A DNA stretch of 56,793 bases, the filler included, from Sandaracinaceae bacterium (GTDB taxonomy: Bacteria; Myxococcota_A; Polyangia; Polyangiales; JADJQN01): the NCBI GenBank assembly GCA_947483975.1. It is 2 parts of 2 records of this genome, joined end to end, with 100 filler letters (N's around TTAATTAATTAA, not from the genome) between each part and the next. Parts side by side here need not be neighbours in the genome. Positions count along the whole stretch, not along the records: positions 28,687 to 56,793 come from CANKOL010000022.1; 1 more part is not named here. One strand, 5' to 3'. Within the stretch, counting starts at the first letter, position 1, and the number at the start of each line of letters is the position of its first letter. This document shows positions 46,678-56,793 of this stretch, piece by piece. The notes under the pieces are model-generated. The model ran no database searches. It saw only the letters and a program-made list of their open reading frames with translations, and was not told the DNA's origin. Position numbers and translations under genes: made by a program.

Positions 46678-47460
46678 CTACACGCTCGGCGGCGGTACCG
46701 AGCGGCGCGCGGCGGGCGGGTTCGAGTGCCGCTCCTCGCGTCGCTTGCGCTGCTCGTCGAGCCGCTTCTCCTTGGCTTCGACCGCCTCGACGAAGAGCTT
46801 CACGTACTCGCCCGCGCTCGTGATCGCGAAGAACACGCTCAAGTAGAGCAGCGCGAGTCCGACGACGTGCAGGTTCGCGTGCGCGGTGAATACCAGGTAG
46901 TCGAGGTCGTAGGTGTGATGCAGGACGAGGAAGAGCACGGCGACCATCTGCAGCGCCGCCTTCTCCTTGCCGCCTTGGCTCGCCGCGATGACGACGCCCT
47001 CCGTGACCGCGATCGTGCGCAGCGAGGTGATGCTCAGCTCACGCGCGACGATGATGATCGTGGCCCACGCGGGCACGCGCCCCATGTCGGTCATCACGAC
47101 GAGCAGCGCCATGATCAGCAGCTTGTCAGCGAGCGGATCGAGGAACTTCCCGAGCACGCTGACGAGGCCACGCTTGCGCGCGAGCCAGCCGTCGAGGGCG
47201 TCCGTGACGGCGGCGGCCGCGTAGACCCACGCCGCCCAGAAATTCATCACCGGACGGCCGTCGTAGACGAGCCAGAGGACGACGGGGATCATCACGACGC
47301 GCAACATCGTGAGGAGGTTCGGCAGGTTGATCGCGTCGTCGCGAATCGAGCGGCGCGGCGCGAGCGGCGCGCGCGGCTTGCGCAAGCGGCGAGGCTTCTT
47401 GCCGCGGTCGCCCTTCGGGTCCGACGGCGACTCGGGCGGGATCGAGGATGGGCTGGTCAT
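46678..47460 (-). CDS. pgsA: CDP-diacylglycerol--glycerol-3-phosphate 3-phosphatidyltransferase
   Basis: NLPNLLTMLR, DALDGWLAR..GKFLDPLADK and ARELSITSLR. Confidence 0.92.
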   Translation of the reverse strand: MTSPSSIPPESPSDPKGDRGKKPRRLRKPRAPLAPRRSIRDDAINLPNLLTMLRVVMIPVVLWLVYDGRPVMNFWAAWVYAAAAVTDALDGWLARKRGLVSVLGKFLDPLADKLLIMALLVVMTDMGRVPAWATIIIVARELSITSLRTIAVTEGVVIAASQGGKEKAALQMVAVLFLVLHHTYDLDYLVFTAHANLHVVGLALLYLSVFFAITSAGEYVKLFVEAVEAKEKRLDEQRKRREERHSNPPAARRSVPPPSV

Positions 47461-48824
47461 GCGAGGAGCAACACTCCGTCTCCGCGAAACGTGAGCGGCG
47501 GCTGCCCTGCAGGCTGCGAAGCCGAGGACGCTCGCGAGGCGTCGGGGAAGAGCCGCCCTGTCCAGCCGACGAGCGCAGCGGGCTCCACATGCACCGGCTC
47601 GCTCTCGCTGACGCGTAGCGCCGTCGCGGAGCCGCTCAGCAGCAAGACGACGCTGCCCGTGCCGTGGAGTTGCACGAGCGGCACCGACGTAGCGCCGAGG
47701 GCGAGCGAGCCGCTCTCGAAGCCGATGCGCTCCTCGAACGCGAACAGCGCGTCCTCACGCACATAGAAGATCTCGTCCTCGAGAGAGAGGCCATGCAGCC
47801 GCGCGCGAGGCGGCGGAATCAGCGTCAGCGACACCGCCCCACGCAGCAGATAGAGCGGGGTCTCGTCACCGCCGAGCGCGCCACCGAGCTCGCGCCCACG
47901 CGCCCGGCGGGGCACGAGGGTCGGCTGCAGCTGCCCGCGCACCGAACGCACACCCACGAGCCGCAGACGTACCCCCTGCGCCGCGCTGGCCAACAGCTCG
48001 CCAGCAGGCCCGACCGCGAGCGCCACGTCCTCAGGCGTCGACAACGTGCAGGCGTCGAGCATCGCGGTGAGGCGAGGCGGCGCGACGACGGCGAGCGCGC
48101 GACTCGTCGGGTGTCGAAGCGGCTTCTCCTCGACGGGCGTGAAGGCGCGGTACTCCCCGGTCGCTCGACGCGGGGCCGGCGGTGGCTCTGCTGCGGCCGG
48201 ACGAAGCGTCGGCTCGGTCGCCTCGAACTCAGCCATCGCCTGATCGGCGGCATCGCGCACGAGCGCAGGGTCGCGCAACTCGACGGGCGCCGCGCCGGGC
48301 GCGAAGGCGGCGCCCGCGGACGAGCCGATGACCTCTTCCATGCGTCGCGCCATCGACGCCTGTCCGCCGCGCAGGAACGCCTCGCGCGCCTCCGCGAAGC
48401 GACCGAGGCGCCACTGCACGAGCCCCAGATAGCCCCACGCGCGGTCGTGGTTCGGCACGAGCTGCAGGGCGACGTGCAGATGCGTCAGCGAGTCTGCCGG
48501 CTGCCCCGTCTTGAGCAGCGAGAGCGCGAGGTTCACCCGGAGCGTCGGATCGGTCGGAAACGACTCGGCGAGCACCGACCAGATCTCGATCGCGCGCGGA
48601 TACAGGCCCAGGCGGAAGTACACCGCCGCCAGCAAATCCTGGCTCTTCGCGTCGCTCGGCTGGCGACGAAGCGCCTGCTCGAGTTCTTCCTTCGCCTCGA
48701 CGACGCGCCCGCCCATCAGCATCTCGCTGCCGCGGTAGAGGTGGTAGAGGAAGTCCTCGTCGGCCACCGCCGTGTCAGCCCCGCCCGGGCGGGGCACATC
48801 GCCTGGTGAAGTGGGCTCGCGCAT
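47457..48824 (-). CDS. TPR-repeat protein with C-terminal AIM24-like domain
   Basis: About 4 TPRs, Pro/Ala linker, then FYVREDALFAFE, LVQLHGTG and VEPAALVGWTG; its stop overlaps the pgsA start (ATGA). Confidence 0.75.
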   Translation of the reverse strand: MREPTSPGDVPRPGGADTAVADEDFLYHLYRGSEMLMGGRVVEAKEELEQALRRQPSDAKSQDLLAAVYFRLGLYPRAIEIWSVLAESFPTDPTLRVNLALSLLKTGQPADSLTHLHVALQLVPNHDRAWGYLGLVQWRLGRFAEAREAFLRGGQASMARRMEEVIGSSAGAAFAPGAAPVELRDPALVRDAADQAMAEFEATEPTLRPAAAEPPPAPRRATGEYRAFTPVEEKPLRHPTSRALAVVAPPRLTAMLDACTLSTPEDVALAVGPAGELLASAAQGVRLRLVGVRSVRGQLQPTLVPRRARGRELGGALGGDETPLYLLRGAVSLTLIPPPRARLHGLSLEDEIFYVREDALFAFEERIGFESGSLALGATSVPLVQLHGTGSVVLLLSGSATALRVSESEPVHVEPAALVGWTGRLFPDASRASSASQPAGQPPLTFRGDGVLLLA

Positions 48825-48943
48825 CGACTGGGGCGCAGCGTAGGCACCACGCTCGGGCGCGTCAATTCGCGCGCGTTGCGTCGACGTCGTTCTTCGACGG
48901 ACACCTCGCGGAACGCGCCGCACCGTGTCAGCGTTGCGCCCCC

Positions 48944-49930
48944 ATGAGCGAGGCCCCCGCATCTCCAGAGGCACCCGCGGCGCCGAGCAACCTGACGCGG
49001 CGCCTCGTCCTCGCGACGCTCCTCGGCGGCCTCGTCTTCGTCGGGCTCTCGCTCTACACGGACGTCGGCAAGCTCGCGGCCAACCTCTCGACGTTTCACT
49101 TCGAGGCGCTCGCCGTCGCGATCGGGCTCGCGTCGGTCAACTACGCGCTGCGCTTCGTTCGCTGGCAGTACTACCTCCGCCGCCTCGAGGTCCACGTGCC
49201 GACCGGCGAGAGCGCGCTCGTGTTCCTCGCAGGCTTCGTCATGAGCGTCACGCCCGGCAAGGTCGGGGAGATGTTCAAGTCGCTGCTCCTCTTCGAGTCG
49301 CGCGGAACGTCGGTCGCGCGGACGGCGCCGATCGTCATCGCCGAGCGCCTGACGGACCTCGTCGCGCTGGTCGTGCTGTGCGCGCTCGGGTCGCTGTCGC
49401 TGAAGGACGGGCCGCGCATCGCGGTGGTCTTCGGGCTCGTCGTCGCAGGGGTCCTCGCCGCCTGCGCGTACCGCCCCCTCGGTGAGCTCGGCCTCCGCAT
49501 GGCCGCCCGCCTGCCCGTCATCAAGAAGCTCGCGCCGAAGCTGCGCGACGCCTACGAGAGCCTCTTCGTGATGACGCGCCCGGTGCCGCTCGCGGTCGGG
49601 ACCTCGCTCGCCGTCGCCTCTTGGAGCATCGAGATGCTCGGCCTCTGGGTGGTCATCCGTGGCTTCCCCGGCTGCACGCTCTCGCTCGCGGCGACCGCCT
49701 TCACCTACGCGACCTCGACGATCGCCGGCGCGCTCGCGATGATGCCCGGTGGCCTCGGCGTCACCGAGGCCGGCATGACGGGCATGTTGCAGGCGCTCGG
49801 TGGCGCAGAGATCACGCCGTCGATCGCCACGGCCGCGACGATCTTGGTGAGAATCGCGACGCTCTGGTGGGCCGTCGCCGTCGGCGCGGTGGCGCTCGCC
49901 ATCTTCCGCCGCACGCTGCGCCGACGCTGA
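48944..49930 (+). CDS. LPG-synthase TM / UPF0104 flippase-like membrane protein
   Basis: LRFVRWQYYL, TPGKVGEMFK, ERLTD, PGGLGVTEA and RIATLW; no aminoacyl-transferase domain. Confidence 0.85.
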   Translation: MSEAPASPEAPAAPSNLTRRLVLATLLGGLVFVGLSLYTDVGKLAANLSTFHFEALAVAIGLASVNYALRFVRWQYYLRRLEVHVPTGESALVFLAGFVMSVTPGKVGEMFKSLLLFESRGTSVARTAPIVIAERLTDLVALVVLCALGSLSLKDGPRIAVVFGLVVAGVLAACAYRPLGELGLRMAARLPVIKKLAPKLRDAYESLFVMTRPVPLAVGTSLAVASWSIEMLGLWVVIRGFPGCTLSLAATAFTYATSTIAGALAMMPGGLGVTEAGMTGMLQALGGAEITPSIATAATILVRIATLWWAVAVGAVALAIFRRTLRRR

Positions 49931-50076
49931 CCGGGCGCGAGGCGGCGCGTGCCCCAGCGTGCGACGCTTGCGCGCCCGAAATACCCCGGCTAAGTTGGCC
50001 CTTCGCTAAAATCGGGCAGGCGGCCAGTTCGAGAGCGACCTCAGCGCCCTACCCGCACACGGGCGGGGCTTCGCAG

Positions 50077-51096
50077 ATGCAGCCACGGGATTCGATGCCG
50101 CACGAGACACCTTCCTCGCTGAGCGCTGGGACGACGCGCCGCGCCTGGGACACCGCCTCGCGCGCGATCACGACCACCGCGCGCAACATGGCCACGCAGG
50201 ACTGGGTCGCCGTGGGCTTCCACCTGCTGATGTGGTCGCGCGTCGCGCTCGCGCCCGACTCCTACGACGCGTCGATGGCGAGGCGCTCCGCCTTCAGCCT
50301 GTTCCTCGTGACGGTCTCGGTGCTCGGGATGACGCGCGGCGAGGTGCTGCGCCCGGGCTTCGTGCGCTCGCTCGCGTACCGCCTCGGCATCTTCGTGCCG
50401 GTCTTCCTCTCGTACTTCGAGCTGCACTTCCTGCTGCCGGCGCTGCGCCCGCGGCTGCTCGACTTCCGCCTGCTCGCTCTCGACAACGCGATCTTCGGCG
50501 TCTCGCCCTCCGTCTGGCTCGACCAGTTCGTGACGCCGGCGACGACAGAGTGGTTCGCACTCTTCTACTATTCCTACTTCTACATTCTCGCCTCGTACCT
50601 CGTCGTCTCGATGTTCTTCGACAAGGACCGACGCCGCCTCGGGGAGATCATGATGGGCGGCGCCGTCGTCGTGTGCGGCGCGCACCTCGTCTACACGCTC
50701 GTCCCCGGCATGGGTCCGCACATCACGCTCGCGTTCCAGCACCCACTGGTCGGCGGCTTCTGGTGGAGCCTCGTCGCATCGACCGTCGCACGCAGCGGTG
50801 CGCAACTCGACATCTTCCCGTCGCTCCACACGGCGTTCCCGTCGTTCTTCTTGCTGCACGCGCTTCGGCACCGGCGCTCGCCCGTGTTCGCCGCGGCGTG
50901 GCCCGTCACGGCCTTCTTCGTCTGCAACATCATCGTCGCGACGCTCTTCCTGCGGTGGCACTGGGGCGTCGACATCCTCGCCGGGCTCACCCTCGCCTTC
51001 ACGGCGCAGCGGATTGGGATCGCCGTCTCAGCCCGCGAGGCCGACCGCACCAACGATGGTCGGCAAGCGGTCTGGGAGCCCTTCAAGCCCGTCTGA
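50077..51096 (+). CDS. PAP2_3 / AUR1-like (inositol-phosphorylceramide synthase-like) membrane enzyme
   Basis: LLALDNAIFG, FYYSYF, YTLVPGMGP, DIFPSLH and RWHWGVDILAG. Start uncertain (50077, 50095 or 50188). Confidence 0.8.
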   Translation: MQPRDSMPHETPSSLSAGTTRRAWDTASRAITTTARNMATQDWVAVGFHLLMWSRVALAPDSYDASMARRSAFSLFLVTVSVLGMTRGEVLRPGFVRSLAYRLGIFVPVFLSYFELHFLLPALRPRLLDFRLLALDNAIFGVSPSVWLDQFVTPATTEWFALFYYSYFYILASYLVVSMFFDKDRRRLGEIMMGGAVVVCGAHLVYTLVPGMGPHITLAFQHPLVGGFWWSLVASTVARSGAQLDIFPSLHTAFPSFFLLHALRHRRSPVFAAAWPVTAFFVCNIIVATLFLRWHWGVDILAGLTLAFTAQRIGIAVSAREADRTNDGRQAVWEPFKPV

Positions 51097-51900
51097 CTAC
51101 GGCGTGTGCACGGGATCGACGCCGCCGTAGAGCGGCTGTCGAGGCGGCAGCGGGCTATGTACGCGGTCGGCCGGAACCAACCCCGCGAGGTCCCCGACGA
51201 CCACCCCGCCCTCGTCGGTGAACACGGCGTCGCGCCCGTACACCGTGTACACCCTGACCGTGCGCCCGAGGTCTTCGCGCGCGAGGTCCGGTTCCCGGCG
51301 GAGCATCACGTCGGCGCGAATCAGGTCAGGCGTGTCGAGGTCGATGACCACGTCGTGCTGCGACTCGCCGACCTGCAAGTGAGCCCGTTGGATCCACGGC
51401 GTCAGCAGCCCGCGCGCGCGCGTGATCACCGCGACCGGACGCCCTCCCGCGAGCGTCTGATACTCGACACTGCCATCCGGCTTGCGATGCACCAGCGTCG
51501 GCGTCGTACCGCGCAGCTCGTAGAGCGCGACGTCAGGCTGCCCATCGGCTTGCGGCGTGACGGCCAGCGTATTGCGCCGCCACACTCGAAGGGGCTTGCC
51601 CGACGCGTCGTACACGACCTCCAGGTCGGTCAGCTCGAGCGCCGTCTCGATACGCGCCGTGGCGACGACGAGACAGTCGCGGCGCCGCACCTCGAAGCGC
51701 TCCACGTACGCCTGCCCGCCCATGCCCTCGCCCGGCCGCAGCACGCCCGAGGCGAGCACCTCGCCCTCCGGGAGCGCGCCGTGGCCGCAATCCGGATACG
51801 CGAGACGCTCCACGCGCTCCACGGTGGTCCGCTTCGGCGCTTTGCAGCCGGCGACGCTGCAAAGCGCGAGCAAGACCCCAGCCCAAGCGGCGCGCCGCAT
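51097..51900 (-). CDS. Hypothetical lipoprotein
   Basis: MRRAAWAGVLLALCSVAGC lipobox; GGGAGG SD. Confidence 0.7.
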   Translation of the reverse strand: MRRAAWAGVLLALCSVAGCKAPKRTTVERVERLAYPDCGHGALPEGEVLASGVLRPGEGMGGQAYVERFEVRRRDCLVVATARIETALELTDLEVVYDASGKPLRVWRRNTLAVTPQADGQPDVALYELRGTTPTLVHRKPDGSVEYQTLAGGRPVAVITRARGLLTPWIQRAHLQVGESQHDVVIDLDTPDLIRADVMLRREPDLAREDLGRTVRVYTVYGRDAVFTDEGGVVVGDLAGLVPADRVHSPLPPRQPLYGGVDPVHTP

Positions 51901-51941
51901 TCCGACGGTGCGCCCTCCCGCGGAGGCTGCCCGAATCGACC

Positions 51942-52337
51942 TCAGGGCAGGCCGCCCGGCGCCCGCTCGCCGGTCGCGTCGTTCATCTGACTGCCGTTCA
52001 CGCGATCGACCTGCCCACGGTGCTGGGTATCGTTCAGCGTGTAAGCGAGGAAGATCCCCGCAAACAGCAGGGTCCCCACGAAGATCAGCGCGTGAAAGCG
52101 GTTGTCGTCCTTCAAGTGCATGAAGAACGTGACGACGAGTGCTGCCTTGGCAGTCGCGATGACCACCGCGATGGCGAGATTCCAGGTGCCGAGGTGCACC
52201 AGCGAGAGCCCGATGGTCAGGACCGTCGCCGCGACCAGCGCCAGGAAGATCCCGATGTAGAGCTTCGTGGGGGCCACGTGCGCGTGCACGGCCCCGTCGT
52301 CATCGGAGGTGTGTTCGTTCTGCGGGTGGGAGGACAT
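51942..52337 (-). CDS. ctaF: Cytochrome c oxidase subunit IV
   Basis: IATAKAALVVTFFMHLK. Confidence 0.88.
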   Translation of the reverse strand: MSSHPQNEHTSDDDGAVHAHVAPTKLYIGIFLALVAATVLTIGLSLVHLGTWNLAIAVVIATAKAALVVTFFMHLKDDNRFHALIFVGTLLFAGIFLAYTLNDTQHRGQVDRVNGSQMNDATGERAPGGLP

Positions 52338-52349
52338 GTTCTGGACCTC

Positions 52350-53093
52350 TCAGTCGATCAAGTAGAGGAGCGGAAAGAGGTAGATCCAGATGAGGTCGAC
52401 CAGGTGCCAGTAGAGGGCGACGAGGTCGACCGGCGTCCAGAACTGCTCACTGAACTCGCCGCGCTGGTTGCGCAGCCAAATCCAGAACATGACGCCGATG
52501 CCGATGATCACGTGCAAGCCGTGCACGCCAGTCATCATGAAATAGATGCCGAAGAACGAGCCGCCATGCTGCGGAATCGGCAGGTCTCGCGTGCTCGCGG
52601 CGAGGTGCGCGGCGACCGGATGGAAGCGGTCGCCGGGCAGCAGCCCCGCCTCGAACTTGTGGACGTACTCGAAGTACTTGATGACGAGGAACGCGAAGGC
52701 GCAGGCGATCGTCACGAGCAAGAGCATGCCCGTCTTCTTGCGATCACCGACCTGCGCCGACCGCACGGCGAGCGCCGCCGTCAGCGAGCTGAACAGCAGC
52801 ACGATGGTGTTCGCGCCGCCCATGAAGCGATTGAGCTGGTGTGAGGCCCAGCTGAAGTCGGCCGGATACCAGGATCGATAGACCGAATACAAGACGAAGA
52901 GGCCCGAGAAGAACAGCAGCTCTTGCGCGAGAAAGAGCCACATACCGAGCTTGGCCGCGTCGAACTGCTGCACCGGCGTGTCGAAATGGTGCGCCAAGAA
53001 CTTGGGGCCGTGGCCCCCGTGATCTTGAGGCGCTGCGTCGGGCTGAGCCTCTTCGAGCGAGGCGGTGGGCGCGTCGGTAGTTGCTGTGGACAT
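52350..53093 (-). CDS. ctaE: Cytochrome c oxidase subunit III
   Basis: GMWLFLAQELLFFSGLF, TGVHGLHV and LYWHLVDLIWI. Confidence 0.93.
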   Translation of the reverse strand: MSTATTDAPTASLEEAQPDAAPQDHGGHGPKFLAHHFDTPVQQFDAAKLGMWLFLAQELLFFSGLFVLYSVYRSWYPADFSWASHQLNRFMGGANTIVLLFSSLTAALAVRSAQVGDRKKTGMLLLVTIACAFAFLVIKYFEYVHKFEAGLLPGDRFHPVAAHLAASTRDLPIPQHGGSFFGIYFMMTGVHGLHVIIGIGVMFWIWLRNQRGEFSEQFWTPVDLVALYWHLVDLIWIYLFPLLYLID

Positions 53094-53127
53094 GGGTCTC
53101 TCGTCTCTGGTGCGCGCGGGCGCCGGC

Positions 53128-54831
<1,704 letters not shown>

Positions 54832-54861
54832 GTCAAATAACTCCGGTAGGACGACGCCAGC

Positions 54862-55812
54862 TCAGCGGAGCGTCTCGAGGTAGGCGTAGATGGCTTCGAT
54901 GCGAGAGTCCGACAGCGTGAACGTCGACATCTGAGCGGTGGTGAAGCCGCGGACGATCTTCGCCTGCGGGCGAAGGACCGACTCGCGCACATAGGCGAGG
55001 TCTGCGTGTACGGTACCGCCGCCCTCGAGCGGCTGCTCGGAGCCGATGACCCCGAACAGGTTGGGACCGACGCCGCCAGCCTCACCCGCGACGACGTGGT
55101 GGCACGCGCTGCAGCTGTTGGCCGTGAAGAGCTCAGCGCCCCACTGCGCCTTGGTCTTGCCGGCGGGCGGGCGGTCCATGTTCAGCACGAACTCGCGGTA
55201 TTGCGCCGCCGTGACGACGCGCACCTTGGCGAACATGGACGAGTGGCTCGTGCCGCAGTACTCGGCACAGAAGACGTCGTACTCACCGAGCTCGGTCGCC
55301 TCGAACCAGACCGTCGAATACATCCCCGGGACCACGTCGCGCTTGACGCGGAAAGCCGGCACGAAGAACGAGTGCAGGACGTCCTCCGAGGACATGATCA
55401 GCTTGACGGGCTGATGCACCGGGACGACCAAGACGCCCCCCTCGCGCGAGCCGCTCGGATACTCGAACTCCCAGTTCCACTTCTTCGCGCGCACCCGGAA
55501 CTCGATGGAAGTCGCAGGCGCGACCGCGCTGAAGACGTAGCTCTGAAAGCCCCAGTGGAAGAGCGCGCCGAGCAGGATGAGCGGCGCGAAGGTCCACGCT
55601 AGCTCGAGCGTCGTGTGCTTGGGTCCCGGCGCCAGCGGCTTCTCACCGGGCTTGGCGCGGTACTTCGCGACGAAGAAGAGCATCGCTCCGATGATCACCA
55701 CGAACATGATCACGCACGCCCAGAAGATGAACTGGTAGAGCCAGTCCACGCTCGCGGCGAGGGTCGAGGCTTGCTTGGGTAGCTGGCCGAAGATATCCGG
55801 GATGTGGTCCAT
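54862..55812 (-). CDS. ctaC: Cytochrome c oxidase subunit II with fused cytochrome c (caa3)
   Basis: WNWEFEY, DVLHSF, CAEYCGTSHSSM (CuA) and CSACH heme c motif. Confidence 0.95.
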   Translation of the reverse strand: MDHIPDIFGQLPKQASTLAASVDWLYQFIFWACVIMFVVIIGAMLFFVAKYRAKPGEKPLAPGPKHTTLELAWTFAPLILLGALFHWGFQSYVFSAVAPATSIEFRVRAKKWNWEFEYPSGSREGGVLVVPVHQPVKLIMSSEDVLHSFFVPAFRVKRDVVPGMYSTVWFEATELGEYDVFCAEYCGTSHSSMFAKVRVVTAAQYREFVLNMDRPPAGKTKAQWGAELFTANSCSACHHVVAGEAGGVGPNLFGVIGSEQPLEGGGTVHADLAYVRESVLRPQAKIVRGFTTAQMSTFTLSDSRIEAIYAYLETLR

Positions 55813-55830
55813 GACTTCGTTTCCCCGTGC

Positions 55831-56712
55831 CTACCGAGAGGCCGCGGCGGCGACCTGCGAATCGAGGCGGCGGCGGCGCTCGAAGCGCCACCAAAGAACA
55901 CCGACGAACGTGAGCAGTAAGCCGAGCGTGAGCGCACCGCCGAGCTTCATCACCTTCGCCGCGACCAACACGTACTTCGAGCCCTGCGGGTCGTAGTGGT
56001 AGCAGTAGAGGATGATCTGCTCGACGGTGTTGATAGAACGCCCCTCAGAGGCCTCGAACAGGCCGAGGCGCATATCGTTGGGCGTGAATTCGAGGCCGTA
56101 GAGGTAGCGCGCGATGCGCCCCTGCGGCGTGAGCATCGCGACGGCGGCGGGATGGCCGTACTGCCGCTGGCGGGCGTCGTAGAAGTAACGAAAACCGACC
56201 GCCTGAGCGACGGCGCGAATGTTGGCCTCGTCGCCGACGAGAAAGTGCCAACCCGTGCGCGCCTCGGGGCGATCGTACTTCGCGAGAATGCGCTGACGCG
56301 TCTTCGCAGCGTCCCGAGGAGTGTCGTGCGGATCGATGCTGATCGTGATCACGTCGTACTGGTCGCCGACGCCCCACGGGATCTGCTTGATCGACTTGAC
56401 GATGGCGTCCTGCACGAGGCTGCAGAGCATCGGGCACGAGTAGTACGCGAGGTTGAGGAGCACCGGCTTCGTGCCATTCAGCACGTCCGAGAGGCGTACT
56501 CGCCGACCGCTGTGATCTCGAAATACGGCATCGAGCGGGACCTGCGCGCGCAGATGCTCGTCGACGCCAATCTGCTGCAGCTCGACCGGCGTTCCCGAAG
56601 GAATGACCGGTCCCTCGTTTCGCTGCCCGCCGTAATACTGGGCGCGCACCGTCGTACCCGCGAGAAGCGGCACGAGGAGCACAGCACACAGCAGCGAAAG
56701 GGACAGCCTCAT
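55831..56712 (-). CDS. SCO family copper chaperone
   Basis: Signal peptide, YYSCPMLC (CxxxC), SIDPHDT, YGHPAA, LYCYHYDP and a C-terminal TM. Confidence 0.9.
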   Translation of the reverse strand: MRLSLSLLCAVLLVPLLAGTTVRAQYYGGQRNEGPVIPSGTPVELQQIGVDEHLRAQVPLDAVFRDHSGRRVRLSDVLNGTKPVLLNLAYYSCPMLCSLVQDAIVKSIKQIPWGVGDQYDVITISIDPHDTPRDAAKTRQRILAKYDRPEARTGWHFLVGDEANIRAVAQAVGFRYFYDARQRQYGHPAAVAMLTPQGRIARYLYGLEFTPNDMRLGLFEASEGRSINTVEQIILYCYHYDPQGSKYVLVAAKVMKLGGALTLGLLLTFVGVLWWRFERRRRLDSQVAAAASR

Positions 56713-56719
56713 CGTGGTC

Positions 56720-56793
56720 TCAGGGGACGGCGGACGGAGCGACGGGAGCGACGATCGGCGCCCCGGGAGCGGGGACGAGCGTGGGGTCCGCGG
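56720..56793 (-). CDS. 3' end of an upstream gene (Pro/Ala-rich tail)
   Basis: ADPTLVPAPGAPIVAPVAPSAVP* in one frame, with TGA 7 nt before the SCO ATG. Confidence 0.45.
   Translation of the reverse strand, partial: ADPTLVPAPGAPIVAPVAPSAVP

Overview
High-GC (about 70%) bacterial sequence. Gene content and protein style (Cys-rich and DxGPD-linker lipoproteins, FG-GAP protein, split nuo operon, caa3 oxidase) point to Myxococcota, probably Polyangiales-like; this is an inference. The window is two contigs joined by an artificial N44-TTAATTAATTAA-N44 linker at 28587-28686. Contig 1 carries: an uncharacterised membrane-protein operon; two paralogous Pro/Gly-repeat membrane proteins; nuoEF-JKLMN-fabH, with a roughly 300-aa NuoL extension and NuoK lacking its second Glu; an Fe-S/FAD amino-acid oxidase trio; a radical SAM enzyme; a PAS kinase; lepB, tsaB and yajQ; a motif-degenerate glgA; and a TIGR01777 epimerase. 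It ends in what looks like the 5' end of a group II intron. Contig 2 carries: a FAH hydrolase; an FG-GAP lipoprotein; an aldehyde dehydrogenase; a MerR-like HTH plus a stand-alone Cys/His-sigma4 gene under a promoter with a dyad in its spacer; an ATPase-less peptide ABC transporter; an esterase; a 14-repeat Cys-rich lipoprotein; a DUF296-Tudor-like protein; asnS; a lipid locus (TPR-AIM24/pgsA divergent from a flippase and an AUR1/PAP2-like gene); and the sco-ctaCDEF A2-type caa3 oxidase genes. No CRISPR array, rRNA or tRNA was seen. The best candidates for undescribed biology are the MerR/sigma4 module, the extended NuoL, the AIM24-pgsA lipid locus and the low-complexity receptor-like paralog pair. 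All functional calls come from motif recognition by eye; no database search was run.
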